NCBI RefSeq assembly: GCF_963921235.1
Contig: NC_086111.1
Coordinates: 59,644,001 to 59,708,000 of the forward strand
Direction: 5' to 3'
Source of the DNA: Mobula hypostoma
Lineage: Eukaryota
DNA: 64,000 nt
In this document: one piece after another, positions 12,591 to 24,184 of the stretch
Numbering within the stretch: the first letter of the stretch is position 1
Layout: every line of letters begins with the position of its first letter
Position numbers and translations under genes: made by a program
Notes under the pieces: model-generated
The model's input: the letters and a program-made list of their open reading frames with translations, nothing else
Databases searched by the model: none
What the model was told of the DNA's origin: nothing

Positions 12591-13803
12591 TTTCAAAACA
12601 AGGCTATAAATGGCAATTTGATTTGTCCTACTTTAATGCTTTTACACTTTAATACTTACTCTTCCAAATATGTATCCGCACTATTTTATTTCAAACATAC
12701 AAAACAATGGAAGGCCATGATTTTATTTGCATGCACATGAGGGGCTTTTCAGTACTTGTGGTTCTATTAAAAACAAACGGGTGAATTGGCTACCTGTGCA
12801 CTTCAGCCTATCCATTAATCAACAAGAATAATGGAATAAGTGATTAGGCTGATCTTCCTAACACTGTATTCCTGCCTATCCCCTATAGTCCTAGATATCA
12901 TAAAACAATCCATTGATTTAAATAAACAATTGAACCTCCATTTATGTTCTCATTGATAAATGGAGTACTCAATACCAAATTACATAAACTTACAGCATAA
13001 GAGGCTGCTACTTCAGTTCATTGTGAAATACCAATTAGGAGAAACTACCCAACTTGATTCTACTTTTCAACCTTTGGCATGTAGCCTTGTATATTACAAC
13101 ATATCAAGCACTGTTTATTACTTTAAAGCCATCAACTAAAAAAAACTCTTCAACTTCCTTCTAATATGCTGAATTAATTTATTTTAAATTTACAACCACC
13201 GATTACTGCAACAGATAATAAAGACAATGGGCTTTTTTGTATGTAGAGGGTTGTAAAAAGATTATACAGAACATGCTATCAGGGCCTTTGTGGGTCAAAC
13301 CAATGATCTAGATTTAATGAAAGAGAGTGTGATTAAGAAATTAACAGATGAGGGAGAAAAAAAAACTTTTCTACCTGCTGTATAGGCCCTACAAATTAAA
13401 TTGTCCCAGTCCAACTTCCCTTGCTTTAAAGAAAACAATTTCAATCCCTTTTTATGTTTAAAATTGGCAGTCAGAGCACCATCTTCATATATTCATTTTC
13501 AACCTCCCACCTTCATAGGAGAACTCGAGTGATTGCACTTCAGTTGTATCCTGTTGCTATCACATCTTGTTATGTGATGATCATCGTAGTGATCTGAATA
13601 ACTTGTTTAAATCTGTAAACTACTGCATATTGGTGTAGAGGGGATAACACCAGTCATGGAAGAGCACGATCCTAATGGAGGCAATAAGTGTGCTGTATCC
13701 ATCTTCACTTCTGCCCTGTAACAGCAAATGTGAACATATATATAATATACATCAAAGTTGCTGGTGAACGCAGCAGGCCAGGCAGCATCTATAGGAAGAA
13801 GCG

Positions 13804-13841
13804 CAGTCGACGTTTCAGGCCGAGACCCTTCGTCAGGACTA
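13804..13841 (-). ncRNA. Minimal type-I hammerhead ribozyme, PLE copy A
   Basis: Minus strand reads UAGUC-CUGACGA-AGGGUCUCGGCCU-GAAA-CGUC/GACUG: conserved core, helix I AGUC/GACU, helix II hairpin, palindromic ACGU helix III. Predicted cleavage between 13809 and 13808. Confidence 0.85.
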
Positions 13842-14135
13842 ACTGAAGGAAGAGTGAGTAAGGGATTTGAAAGCTGGAGGGGGAGGGGGAGATGCAAAAT
13901 GATAGGAGAAGACAGGAGGGGGAGGGATGGAGCCGGGAGCTGGACAGGTGATAGGCAGAAGGGGATACGAGAGGATCATGGGACAGGAGGTCCGGGAAGA
14001 AAGACGGGGGGGGGGGGTGACCCAGAGGATGGGCAAGAGGTATATTCAGAGGGACAGAGGGAGAAAAAGGAGAGTGAGAGAAAGAATGTGTGCATTAAAA
14101 AGAGTAACAGATGGGGTACGAGGGGGAGGTGGGGC

Positions 14136-15494
14136 CTAGCAGAAGTTAGAGAAGTCAATGTTCATGCCATCAGGTTGGAGGCTACCCATACGGAATATAA
14201 GGTGTTGTTCCTCCAACCTGAGTGTGGCTTCATCTTTACAGTAGAGGAGGCCGTGGATAGACATGTCAGAATGGGAATGGGATGTGGAATTAAAATGTGT
14301 GGCCACTGGGAGATCCTGCTTTCTCTGGCGGACAGAGCGTAGATGTTCAGCAAAGCGGTCTCCCAGTCTGCGTCGGGTCTCACCAATATATAAAAGGCCA
14401 CATCTGGAGCACCGGACGCAGTATATCACCCCAGTCAACTCACAGGTGAAGTGATGCCTCACCTGGAAGGACTGTTTGGGGCCCTGAATGGTGGTAAGGG
14501 AGGAAGTGTAAGGGCATGTGTAGCACTTGTTCCGCTTACACGGATAAGTGCCAGGAGGGAGATCAGTGGGGAGGGATGGGGGGGACGAATGGACAAGGGA
14601 GTTGTGTAGGGAGCGATCCCTGCGGAATGCAGAGAGAGGGGGGGAGGGAAAGATATGCTTAGTGGTGGGATCCCGTTGGAGGTGGCGGAAGTTACGGAGA
14701 ATAATATGTTGGACCCGGAGGCTGGTGGGGTGGTAGGTGAGGACCAGGGGAACCCTATTCCTAGTGGGGTGGTGGGAGGATGGAGTGAGAGCAGATGTAC
14801 GTGAAATGGGGGAGATGCGTTTAAGAGCAGAGTTGATAGTGGAGGAAGGGAAGCCCCTTTCTTTAAAAAATGAAGACATCTCCCTTGTCCTAGAATGAAA
14901 AGCCTCATCCTGAGAGCAGATGCGGCGGAGACGGAGGAATTGCGAGAAGGGGATGGCGTTTTTGCAAGAGACAGGGTGAGAAGAGGAATAGTCCAGATAG
15001 TTGTGAGAGTCAGTAGGCTTATAGTAGACATCAGTGGATAAGCTGTCTCCAGAGACAGAGACAGAAAGATCTAGAAAGGGGAGGGAGGTGTCAGAAATGG
15101 ACCAGGTAAACTTGAGGGCAGGGTGAAAGTTGGAGGCAAAGTTAATAAAGTCAACGAGTTCTGCATGCGTGCAGGAAGCAGCGCCAATGCAGTCGTCGAT
15201 GTAGCGAAGGAAAAGTGGGGGACAGATACCAGAATAGGCACGGAACATAGATTGTTCCACAAAGCCAACAAAAAGGCAGGCATAGCTAGGACCCATACGG
15301 GTGCCCATAGCTACACCTTTAGTTTGGAGGAAATGGGAGGAGCAAAAGGAGAAATTATTAAGAGTAAGGACTAATTCTGCTAGACGGAGCAGAGTGGTGG
15401 TAGAGGGGAACTGATTAGGTCTGGAATCCAAAAAGAAGCGTAGAGCTTTGAGACCTTCCTGATGGGGGATGGAAGTATATAGGGACTGGACATC
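14136..15494 (-). CDS. Uninterrupted partial RT plus GIY-YIG endonuclease ORF of PLE copy A (5'-truncated, no native start codon)
   Basis: About 452 codons without a stop, from RT motif A through the endonuclease. Confidence 0.85.
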   Translation of the reverse strand, partial: DVQSLYTSIPHQEGLKALRFFLDSRPNQFPSTTTLLRLAELVLTLNNFSFCSSHFLQTKGVAMGTRMGPSYACLFVGFVEQSMFRAYSGICPPLFLRYIDDCIGAASCTHAELVDFINFASNFHPALKFTWSISDTSLPFLDLSVSVSGDSLSTDVYYKPTDSHNYLDYSSSHPVSCKNAIPFSQFLRLRRICSQDEAFHSRTREMSSFFKERGFPSSTINSALKRISPISRTSALTPSSHHPTRNRVPLVLTYHPTSLRVQHIILRNFRHLQRDPTTKHIFPSPPLSAFRRDRSLHNSLVHSSPPSLPTDLPPGTYPCKRNKCYTCPYTSSLTTIQGPKQSFQVRHHFTCELTGVIYCVRCSRCGLLYIGETRRRLGDRFAEHLRSVRQRKQDLPVATHFNSTSHSHSDMSIHGLLYCKDEATLRLEEQHLIFRMGSLQPDGMNIDFSNFC

Positions 15495-15623
15495 CAAGGT
15501 GTTCCTGATGGGGGATGTTCACCAGCAACTTTGATGTATGTTGCTTGAATTTCCAGCATCTGCAGAATTCCTGTTGTTTGCATATATATAATATCTTGAT
15601 ATAAATGTTGAAAACGCATTTAC

Positions 15624-15739
15624 CTCATCATCTTTCACTGCATAGATATTTACTTCTTCCTCTTCCTCCTCCTTAAACTCTTCACTTGCAAATCGTGACT
15701 CTTTATCTATCTTCCATTTTTGAACGGCTTCTGTTATGA
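15624..15739 (-). CDS. ISY1: ISY1 exon 9
   Basis: tag acceptor, gtaaat donor; (V)ITEAVQKWKIDKESRFASEEFKEEEEEEVNIYAVKDDE with the acidic tract. Confidence 0.93.
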
Positions 15740-15766
15740 CTAAAATGAGCAAAGGAATTTGAAATA

Positions 15767-16563
15767 CAGTGGATTCCAGTTAATTGGGTCACATCGGATT
15801 CAATTATGCAATTGTTCCAATTAGCCGAAGTTTCATGCAAATGGTTAAAAAGGCATAAAATAACGAAGTAACAAATCATGTAATTAAATGAAATACAAAA
15901 CAAATTAGAACACTAGTAATAGAGTACTATAAAACTGTGTAATAGTTATCGATGGAGGAATTCATCCAGTATACACTGCCGTGTTCTTTTGATTGACTGT
16001 AAATGAACAAAATCAGCACAGACACCTAGTGTAGATAATGGAATGCCTACATACAATGCTTTCAACAATTTTATCACCCAAAGCTTCATTTCATAAGTAA
16101 AACGCAATTTGATTGTTGACATTTTCAAATTCTTTGTAGTTCCTAACTTGTTGAAGTAGTGGAAGTTTCATTTACACTCCTGGCCTTTTCTGGCAACTTC
16201 AAGCCTGAATGCTTGAAACCGCAGTGAGCAAACAAGTTCTGAATTGTCTTACCGCTTATCACTCGCCAACTATCTGTGACAAAATCAGTACTTTTTGAAC
16301 TCAAACACACGCAACTGAAGCTATTTTGTAAACCATTCACTCGAAGCAAGGTGTTGCATCTAATGGTCACACAAGTGCACGCAACTGATGCTAGTTAGAA
16401 ACTGTTCAGCAAGTCCCCTGTTCCAGTTAAGCAGCATAGTGTCCCAAATAAACAAAGGGAACCCCAACTATTTTCTCTATTAGTTTTTTTTTTCTTTAAG
16501 AGTTGTTCTTAAAGAAAAAAGCTGCCCCAATTAACTGACGTTCCAATTAAACAGAATCCACTG
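15767..16563 (-). mobile_element. Tigger/pogo (Tc1-mariner) internally deleted transposon
   Basis: TA-CAGTGGATTCCAGTTAATTGG … CCAATTAAACAGAATCCACTG-TA terminal inverted repeats; ORF fragment DSWRVISGKTIQNLFAHCGF resembles the pogo DDE C-terminus. Confidence 0.85.
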
Positions 16564-16859
16564 TATTCCTAATAATGATCAGAAATTCATACATGTCCAT
16601 GTTGTATGCCTCCTTGCTCAAGATATACTGTAGATGCTCACCTTGAATTGTAAATATATCACGAACTCGTGCACTGTGGAGATGACTGCAAGTAGCTGAG
16701 AAAGAAAGCTCCACTGGAGACTTGCTACTTCCATAGGAGGCTAAGAGACCCTCCAAACACACTAACAGATTGCGGGGTGGGGGTAAGGTGGCAGATGGAA
16801 ATGTCAATGACAGGAGCCAAACAGTACTACAACACAGGCATATCTGTGTTTAAATGGTT

Positions 16860-18280
16860 GATAAGGTCCATCATTAAGGACCCTCAGCACCCAGGACACA
16901 CCCTCATCTCATTACTATCATCAGGGAGGAGGTACAGGATTCTGAAGACTCACACTCAACTGTTTAGGAATAGCTTCTTCCCCTGTCATCAGATTTCTGA
17001 ACAGCCCATGAACCATTTTGTTCTCTTTTTGCACTATTCATTCTTTATCTATATTCCTTGAATTGAAGTGATGCTTTGCACTGTACTGCGGACATAAAAC
17101 AACAAATGTCAGTCTCCAGTCTGCATATACTTTTTGCTCACTTTAGTGAAAGGTGGATGTGTCCTTGCTGCTACTAAACAGACAATACTCAATATATGTT
17201 CAACTCATGATATTACTTAGTGCCCAGTTCCATTTGAGATTCAGGATTATCGCTGTCTTATTTGTGAGACTTACTGTTTTGCAGCAAAGACATAAAAATA
17301 CTATAAATTATAAAATAAATAAATAATGCAAAAACTAATGAGGTAGTATTCATAGACCATTCAGAGGTCTGATAGTGCAGGAGTCACTGAATCACTGAGT
17401 GTGGGCCTTCAGGCTCCTGTACATCTTCCCTGATGGTCATGAGAAAAATGCACATCCTGGAGGGCAAGTGAGTGTACAGGAGCGAGTTATACCAGTTAGC
17501 TGAGCAGTGTCGCAGCAACAACCTGGCACTCAATGTTGGTAAGACGAAAGAGCTAATTATGCACTTCAGGAAGGGTAAGACGAAGGAACACGAACCAATC
17601 CTTAGAGGGATCAGAAGTGGAGAGAGTGAGCAATGTCAAGTTCCTGGGTGTCAAGATCTCTGAGGATCTAACCTGGTCCTAACATATTGATGCAGCTATA
17701 AAGAAGGCAAGACAGCAGTTATACCTCATTAAGAGTTTGAAGAGTTCTATAGATGTACTGTGGAGAGCATTCTGATAGGCTGCATCACTGTCTGGCACGG
17801 TGGTGGTGGGGGGAGGTGGGGCGGCTACTGCACAGGACTGAAAGAAGCTATAGAAAGTTATAAAATTACTTAGCTCCATCTTGGGTACTAGCCTCTGCAG
17901 TACCTGAGATATCTTCAAGGAGCGGTGCCTCAGAAAGGAGACGTCCATTATTAAGGACCCCCATCACCCAAAGCATGCCCTCTTCTCATTGTTACCGTCA
18001 GGAAGGAGGTACTCAGCGATCCAGGAACAGTTTCTTTTCCCTCTACCACATGATTCCTAAATGGACATTGAACCATGAACACTACCTCACTTTTAAAAAA
18101 AATATATATTTCTGCTTTTGCACTATTTTAATCTATTATATATATCTCATTGTAATTGATCTACTTGTTCATTTTTTTCCCTTCTATATTATGTATTGCA
18201 TTGTACTGCTGCTGCTAAGTTAACAAATTTCAGGACACATGTGGGTGCTAATCAACCTGATTCTGATCTGATCTGATTCT
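16860..18280. mobile_element. Cluster of Rex1/Babar LINE fragments in both orientations
   Basis: ORF 17472 (YRSELYQLAEQCRSNNLALNVGKTKELIMHFRK), IIKDPQHPGH and SGRRYR motifs; tail ending aacctgattctgat. Confidence 0.8.
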
Positions 18281-18284
18281 AACT

Positions 18285-19250
18285 GATTTCCTGAGGAACA
18301 GCCCCTTGAAGATGTCCTTGAAAGTAGGTGGGGGGGGGGAAATTGTGCCCATGATGGAGCTGGACGAGTCTACAATCCTCTGCAGCCTCTTGCGATCCTG
18401 TGCACTGGCACTGGAGTCTCCATAACAGGCTGTGATACAACCAGTCAGAATGCTTTGCACTGTACGAGGGGTGATTAATAAGTTCGTGGCCCAAGGTAGA
18501 AGGAGTCAATTTTAGAAAACCTAGCACATTTATTTTTCCTGCATGTACACACTTAGTCCAGCGGTCGTGAAGCATACGATCCCTTCTTTGTAGAAGTCGG
18601 CGTTTTGGACCTCCAGAAGGTGGTGCACAGCAGGGGTGATTGATAAGTTCGTGGCCTAAGATAGAAGGAGATGAGTTATTAACTTCAAACTTTCTGCATT
18701 TGCACTCAAAGTGTTGAACTGCGCGTGCATTTACCAAGAGCTGTATAACTCATCTCCTTGAGTGATTACGCAGAAAGTTTGAAGTTAACAACTCATCTCC
18801 TTCTACCTTAGGCCACGAACTTATCAATCACCCCTGCTGTGGACGACTTCTATAAAGAAGGGATCTGTATGCTCCACGACTGCTGGACTAAGTGTGTACT
18901 TGTAGAAGGGGACTATGTTGAAAAATAAATGTGCTAGGTTTTCTAAAATTGACTCCTTCTACCTTAGGCCATGAACTTAACAATCACCCCTCCTGCATCA
19001 ATAGAAATTTGCAGACGTCTCTGCTGACATACCAAACCTCCTCAAAGTACTAACAGAGCTACTGGCATTCCTTCTTCATAACTTGCATCAAAGTGTTGGC
19101 CCCAGGACAGATCCTCTGAGATGTTAAACTTAAAAGCTGCTCACCATTTCCACCACTGACCACTCAAGGAGGACTGATGCGTGATCCTCGAAACTTCCTC
19201 CTTCTGAAGTGTACTATCATTTCCTTGGTCTTGCTAATATTGAATGTACG
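18285..19250 (-). mobile_element. Rex1-like LINE fragment interrupted by a MITE
   Basis: ORF fragment SILTGCITACYG…DRKRLQRIV; the LINE sequence resumes after 18994. Confidence 0.7.
18465..18993. mobile_element. Mariner-derived palindromic MITE
   Basis: TA-CGAGGGGTGATTAATAAGTTCGTGGCC … GGCCATGAACTTAACAATCACCCCTC; the two halves are reverse complements over most of their length, with an internal second copy of the terminal repeat. Confidence 0.85.
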
Positions 19251-20234
19251 GTTGGTGAGCACTGTGTCAAATCAGTGAAGCATGCTGTATTCACTGCCAA
19301 CACTACATACTTTCAACAAATGTATGTCAGATTCCCAGGACGACACGTACAACAAGCACACACACATATTGAAACCAACTCAGTACCCACATTTGTCAAA
19401 CAAACAGTCAAAGGAAAAAGATCAGTCACGCTATAAAGTTGTCACAAGTCAGGGCATTGTGCTGGTGATCACATGTACACTAATAGGATTTTTTAAAAAT
19501 TACATTTAACTAATCTGATTGAAGCAAGCCAGTTATTAAAAATCTTAAAATATGACGTTTTATATTTATAAATCATTTTGCATAGCAAAAATGCAAAGGG
19601 AGTAGACAGCAGGATCAATGTTTGACATAAGGAAGATAACTCATTCTAAACTAATTTGTGACTTCATAAACATGGAGAGCATTATAAAATATTTCCCTTT
19701 TTTTAATAAAAAGAATAACAAACACATGACAATATATCACCAATTTAATCACACATGCATGATCTTAGCCATTTCGCAAAGAATTTCTCAGAATATGCAT
19801 AATCCTTGTGCAGAATAGTGCCTCTTTACTATATTTGTACATTAGAATTAGTAGGTTAAAATTAACTGTCACCCACAAGTGAATTCTTTGTAGATGCTAT
19901 CATCATGCCTCATTCATTCTAATGTAGTGCAATCAAATGGAAGCATTTGGACAATACTATAAAAATGTGCTATTGTTGCTAAAGTGTATGTGTAAAGTAA
20001 TGAGCTGGCTTAACTATGATTTCACAGTCAGACAATATACCCAGCAGGAAATTAGTATATTTAGTCAGGTTCCACCAGGATCAGGTTGTGTAGCCACACT
20101 CCACTGGTTGGAAAATTACAGGAGCAGGATACTGTCAACAGTAGTAATTCAGGCCATTCAAAAATGTAACAGCAAAACCATTGCTATCATTTTTCTCCTC
20201 GAGTTTGTCAGAGTAAATGAAAATTCATGCTGAT

Positions 20235-21350
20235 ATTCTAGAATATGGTTGGGTTGAGTTCTCCGTATTGGCAATCCATTTGCAAACATTTTGTCACCAT
20301 ATGAGGAGACATCATCAGTGAACTGTTCATTAAGGTGTGTCCTCCGAAAGCTTGGCCTTTATATGCTTACTCAGCTCTGACTGGATGCCATTATGGAAAC
20401 TCAATTATGATGTAGGGAGGGGTTCATGGTTGCATGCTGAACTCTGTGACCAACTTTTCCTTGTCTCTACCATGAAGATCAAAAGGGGCACAAATTTGAC
20501 TGGACATCCATAAAAGTCATAGTACACACAAACACACAACATGCAAGAGGATTCCTGGAAGCATGGCTTTCTGCAAACTTCTCTAGAAACAGACATGATC
20601 CTATTTACTGTGTTTACCCCAGAAAAGACTACCATGACCATTAAGCCTTGCGCGGACACCTGTGTGCGCATGTGTGTATGTGCCGATTTTTTTTCCCACA
20701 AATTGGGTTTGGCTTAATCTTCCCGACTATACTGTACATACATTATTTCTACTTTATATAGGCTGTGTATTTATCATATCATTCCTGCTTTTACTATATG
20801 TTAGTGTTATTTTTGGTTTTATGTGTTATTTGGTATGATTTGGTAGGTTTTTTGGGTCTGGGAACCTTCAAAAATTTTTCCCATATAAATCAATGGTAAT
20901 TGCTTTTGCTCTTTATGCCATTTTGGTGCGAAAGGTTTCATAGGAACGCTCTACCTTAGCAGGGGAAATACGGGACAAGGGCGGTTCCGTTTGTGACACT
21001 TGGCAACCCTATGTTCAAGTTCAACAGTGCGTGACAGGGAATGAGGAAAGGTGCAGCTGATTCATATCCTTTCCTTGTGGCCCAGTAGCACATGCTTTGC
21101 GGCCCGGTACTGGTCCGCGGCCCAGTGGTTGGGGACCGCTGATCCAGACCACACGCACAGAGTTTGCCACACAATCAATCAGCAACAAGACCCCTTTCCC
21201 TACATTACAATTGGATTTCTGTTATGATGACCAATCAGCTAAGTATATAAAGGCCAAGAATTCAGAGGACACACCACAAACAAACAGTGCACAGGTGATG
21301 TCTCCTCCTACAGTGACATAACATTTGCAAATGGTTTGCCAAGGTCGGAG
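20235..21350. mobile_element. Old Poseidon-type PLE remnant with inverted terminal repeats, interrupted by DNA-transposon fragments
   Basis: About 20260-20440 and 21175-21345 are diverged reverse complements, each with a decayed hammerhead. About 20455-20580 (+) gives a frameshifted GIY-YIG C-terminus (HEDQKGHKFDW…HARGFLEAWLS). Tigger-like and Charlie-like pieces at about 20640-21140. Confidence 0.6.
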
Positions 21351-21622
21351 AATAGCTTTCATGTCTAAAAGTAGTGTCAAAAGGTTAAGTGTGTAAGGAC
21401 TCGTGTATAATTTAAAGATAATTATAATAGGAACACTCTATGAAACTATGGCATTAAATATAGCTGATGTGAAAACATTTCATTCCATACATCATATTTA
21501 GATGCTTGCCAATGCTTATTAGCTTTATTTCTAAATTCAGAAATTAATGGGTGTGCCAGGACCACCTAATTTTATCAATACTCATATACAGCTTTAATAA
21601 CTGGTTCTTTAGTTTTATTTAC

Positions 21623-21745
21623 CTCTTTTCTCAAGCTCTTGTTCCAAAGGTAAAAGGACACCATCATCTTCATCTCTGTAGCCATAATAGTCTGCATCAA
21701 TGTCTTTCATGAGCTCTGCACGGGTTTTCCGTGGTGGGGCAGGAG
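21623..21745 (-). CDS. ISY1: ISY1 exon 8
   Basis: aag acceptor, gtaaat donor; (P)PAPPRKTRAELMKDIDADYYGYRDEDDGVLLPLEQELEKR. Confidence 0.95.
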
Positions 21746-21865
21746 CTTCAAGCAAATATAAAAAAAAGACGTTGCCTCAAAACAGCAAATTAGAGTTTCT
21801 GTCTTTAATCTACCAAGTATAATTGCACATTCAAATTATTATTAATTTCCAATAAAAAGTAGGTA

Positions 21866-22130
21866 AGGGACAGCACAGTAATGTAGAGGTTAGCACAAGG
21901 CTTTGCAGCACAGGTGACCCGGGTACAATTCCCACCACTGCCGGTAAGTTTATACGTTCTCCCTGTGACCACATGGGTTTCCTCTGTGTGCTCTGGTTTC
22001 CTCCCACTCTCCAAGGATACACTGGTTGATATTGGTTAATCGGTCATTGTAAATTAGGCTAGGATTAAATCAAGATTGCTGGATGGCACATGGCTCAAAT
22101 GGCCTATTCAGTGCTATAGCTCAATAAAAT
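21866..22130 (+). mobile_element. tRNA-derived SINE (HE1/SacSINE-like)
   Basis: Degenerate tRNA-like head, core gggtttcctctgtgtgctctggtttcctcccac, aataaaataaaa tail; relatives near 59035-59230 and 270-520. Confidence 0.7.
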
Positions 22131-23405
22131 AAAATACACAGGCACATCTAGATAACATGCCTTAAAATCTAAACGAAGAATTGCCTGAAATTTGGGACAA
22201 GAGTAATAATGTGGGTATTATATTGAAGGATTGAATTATAATGGAACAATTATGGATGCTCAGACCCAGGAGCAGATGTGCAAAAGTCACCATTACTAAT
22301 TTTACGCCATATAGTGAGTCCATGGATACCTCCTCCTCCATTAGAACCAGGAAGCTGCTAACGTGGAATTTAATTATTATTTTTGAAGGATTTTGTATAT
22401 TAGTAATGTTTTGGGAAAAAGATTTTGCTGAATAAACAACTTCATTTCTGATATCTTAACATTCATAAATCAATGTATATCAGCCTCCAAGTCTTCAAAA
22501 CAAAATTGTTAATCATTTCAAGAATCTTTAAAATAATTTTCAGTTCTCATCTCAATAACTTAAGTACATCTGAATCTTTATATTGTTCTCTGCCATTTTT
22601 AATAAGTTAGATTAAAAATTAACATTTGTATTTTTTAGCTTTATCTGTGATAAAGGCAGCTTAGCCTCCTTGGTGACATAATGTAAGATTTGACAGATGC
22701 AGCTACAGAAATACAAAACAGACAATCTGTGAGCAGCTTTCTTTGATTTCACATCACTGTTGTGTTGTCATTGAGTCCGAAATCAATGTGCATCAACAAA
22801 ATGGTATACTGCAGTGGAATATTAACATAATGCTTATTGTAATAGATTCCCAAAACAAAACATCCCATAGTTACCATCAAATGAAATTTCAGAGGACAAC
22901 AGGGTTTCTATATCCCTAATCACATTCAGTATATACATCAAGGACAGTAACAAATTAGAAATGAGTATATCGATAAAAGGTATCTTTTCAGACATATTCA
23001 TGTACTGAATCATTATGAAAAGTTTATTCAAAACAAATCACTTTCCAATATTTACTTGTGTTAAACCCAATACTGAAATGGATAGATAACGTGAACAGAT
23101 TACGGCAAGAGTCTATGTATTGAATTAATACATCTTACCCCAGGCATACAGCCTGCCTCGTTCAAGCAAAGTGAACATCAGGTGCAAAATGGCAGAAAGA
23201 TATCAAATGAGAAAAGAAAAAAACCTGAGTTTAATTAATGTGGCTCCAAAGAATGATTAAACTGTGTGACAATAACATTTAGAATAAATAATGAAAACTG
23301 AAGTCGCTACATGGCATTGTGAGTGACAACACCCAAAGAAATTTCCAACAGGTGAATATTCTCAATACAGGTAATAAGGAAAATTAAATTTAAAAAAAAA
23401 CTTAC

Positions 23406-23523
23406 GCTCTTTTTCAAATAGTTCTCTGACTCCTGGCAAATCTTTAGCTGCTCCAAAATATTTGTATCCTCTGTTGCCTGGAACTTCTTTCCCCTCATGA
23501 TCCAACATTTTTGGTCCAATTTT
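23406..23523 (-). CDS. ISY1: ISY1 exon 7
   Basis: tag acceptor, gtaagt donor; KIGPKMLDHEGKEVPGNRGYKYFGAAKDLPGVRELFEKE. Confidence 0.96.
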
Positions 23524-24184
23524 CTAAATTAAAAAAAAGACTGTTGTAGAAATGACATTATTCTGAAAGAAAAAGAAAATTGTAAACCACTGTTTTCCTC
23601 AAATTTTTTCATCAGGAAAGCAACCTTCATCTTACGTTGATTAAACATATTCACTAGGGCCAACATGAGTAGATTAACATCACTGCCTAGTGATAAACTA
23701 AAAGGCAGCATCACTTTAGGACAAAATTCAAATATGCTGCATTTAGACACAGTCACATGCTTATGAACAAGTTATATTCTTGAAACCTGTTCACAATTCC
23801 AAACACATTCTTAAAATCAAAGCTACACCATTATGAAGTGGTAGCACAGAAGCATATTATAACTTTTTACCTTTTCTGTGATTCAAACACAAGCTGGTTA
23901 CTGGATTAATTGATTACTCAAATTGCCCCTTGTACAAAACAAGTGCTAGGAGATGGGGAATGGGGTTGTTGGGCATATGAAAGAGATCAGGTTGAGGGAC
24001 AAAGTATCTGATGCAATATTAGTGATTTATGCTCTTAAAATCAACTTAATTATATGGCAGTTATAGAAAGCAGGACGGAGCAAAAAGATATATTGCTTTT
24101 TGCAGGGTTCAACAGCAGAAAGATTTGTAAGGGAAGAAAAATACCCATTTTAGCCCTCATGTTCAAAAATATGCAAACTTCTTG

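Larger units (their letters stand above)
13749..15580 (-). mobile_element. Penelope-like retroelement (Neptune-type), copy A; 5'-truncated with an inverted terminal segment; in ISY1 intron 9
   Basis: ORF 14136-15497 has PLE RT motifs (DVQSLYTSI, QTKGVAMGTRMGPSYA, RYIDD), a CKRNKCYTC linker and a GIY-YIG domain (VIYCVRCSRCGLLYIGETRRRLGDRFAEH). Flanked by CATATATATAATAT at 13735-13748 and 15581-15594. Confidence 0.93.

Noticed and set aside
13758-14342. Repeated plus-strand ORFs (MLVNAAGQAAS…, also at 27553, 32195 and 54237) and other overlapping ORFs inside the PLE copies
   Set aside because: Antisense or alternative frames of the same repeat. They start at TTG, their lengths change with G-run indels, and their recurrence only reflects copy identity.
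14136-15497. Selenocysteine-recoding (Naiad-type) PLE
   Set aside because: No in-frame TGA in the intact ORF, and hammerheads are present, which fits the Neptune type.
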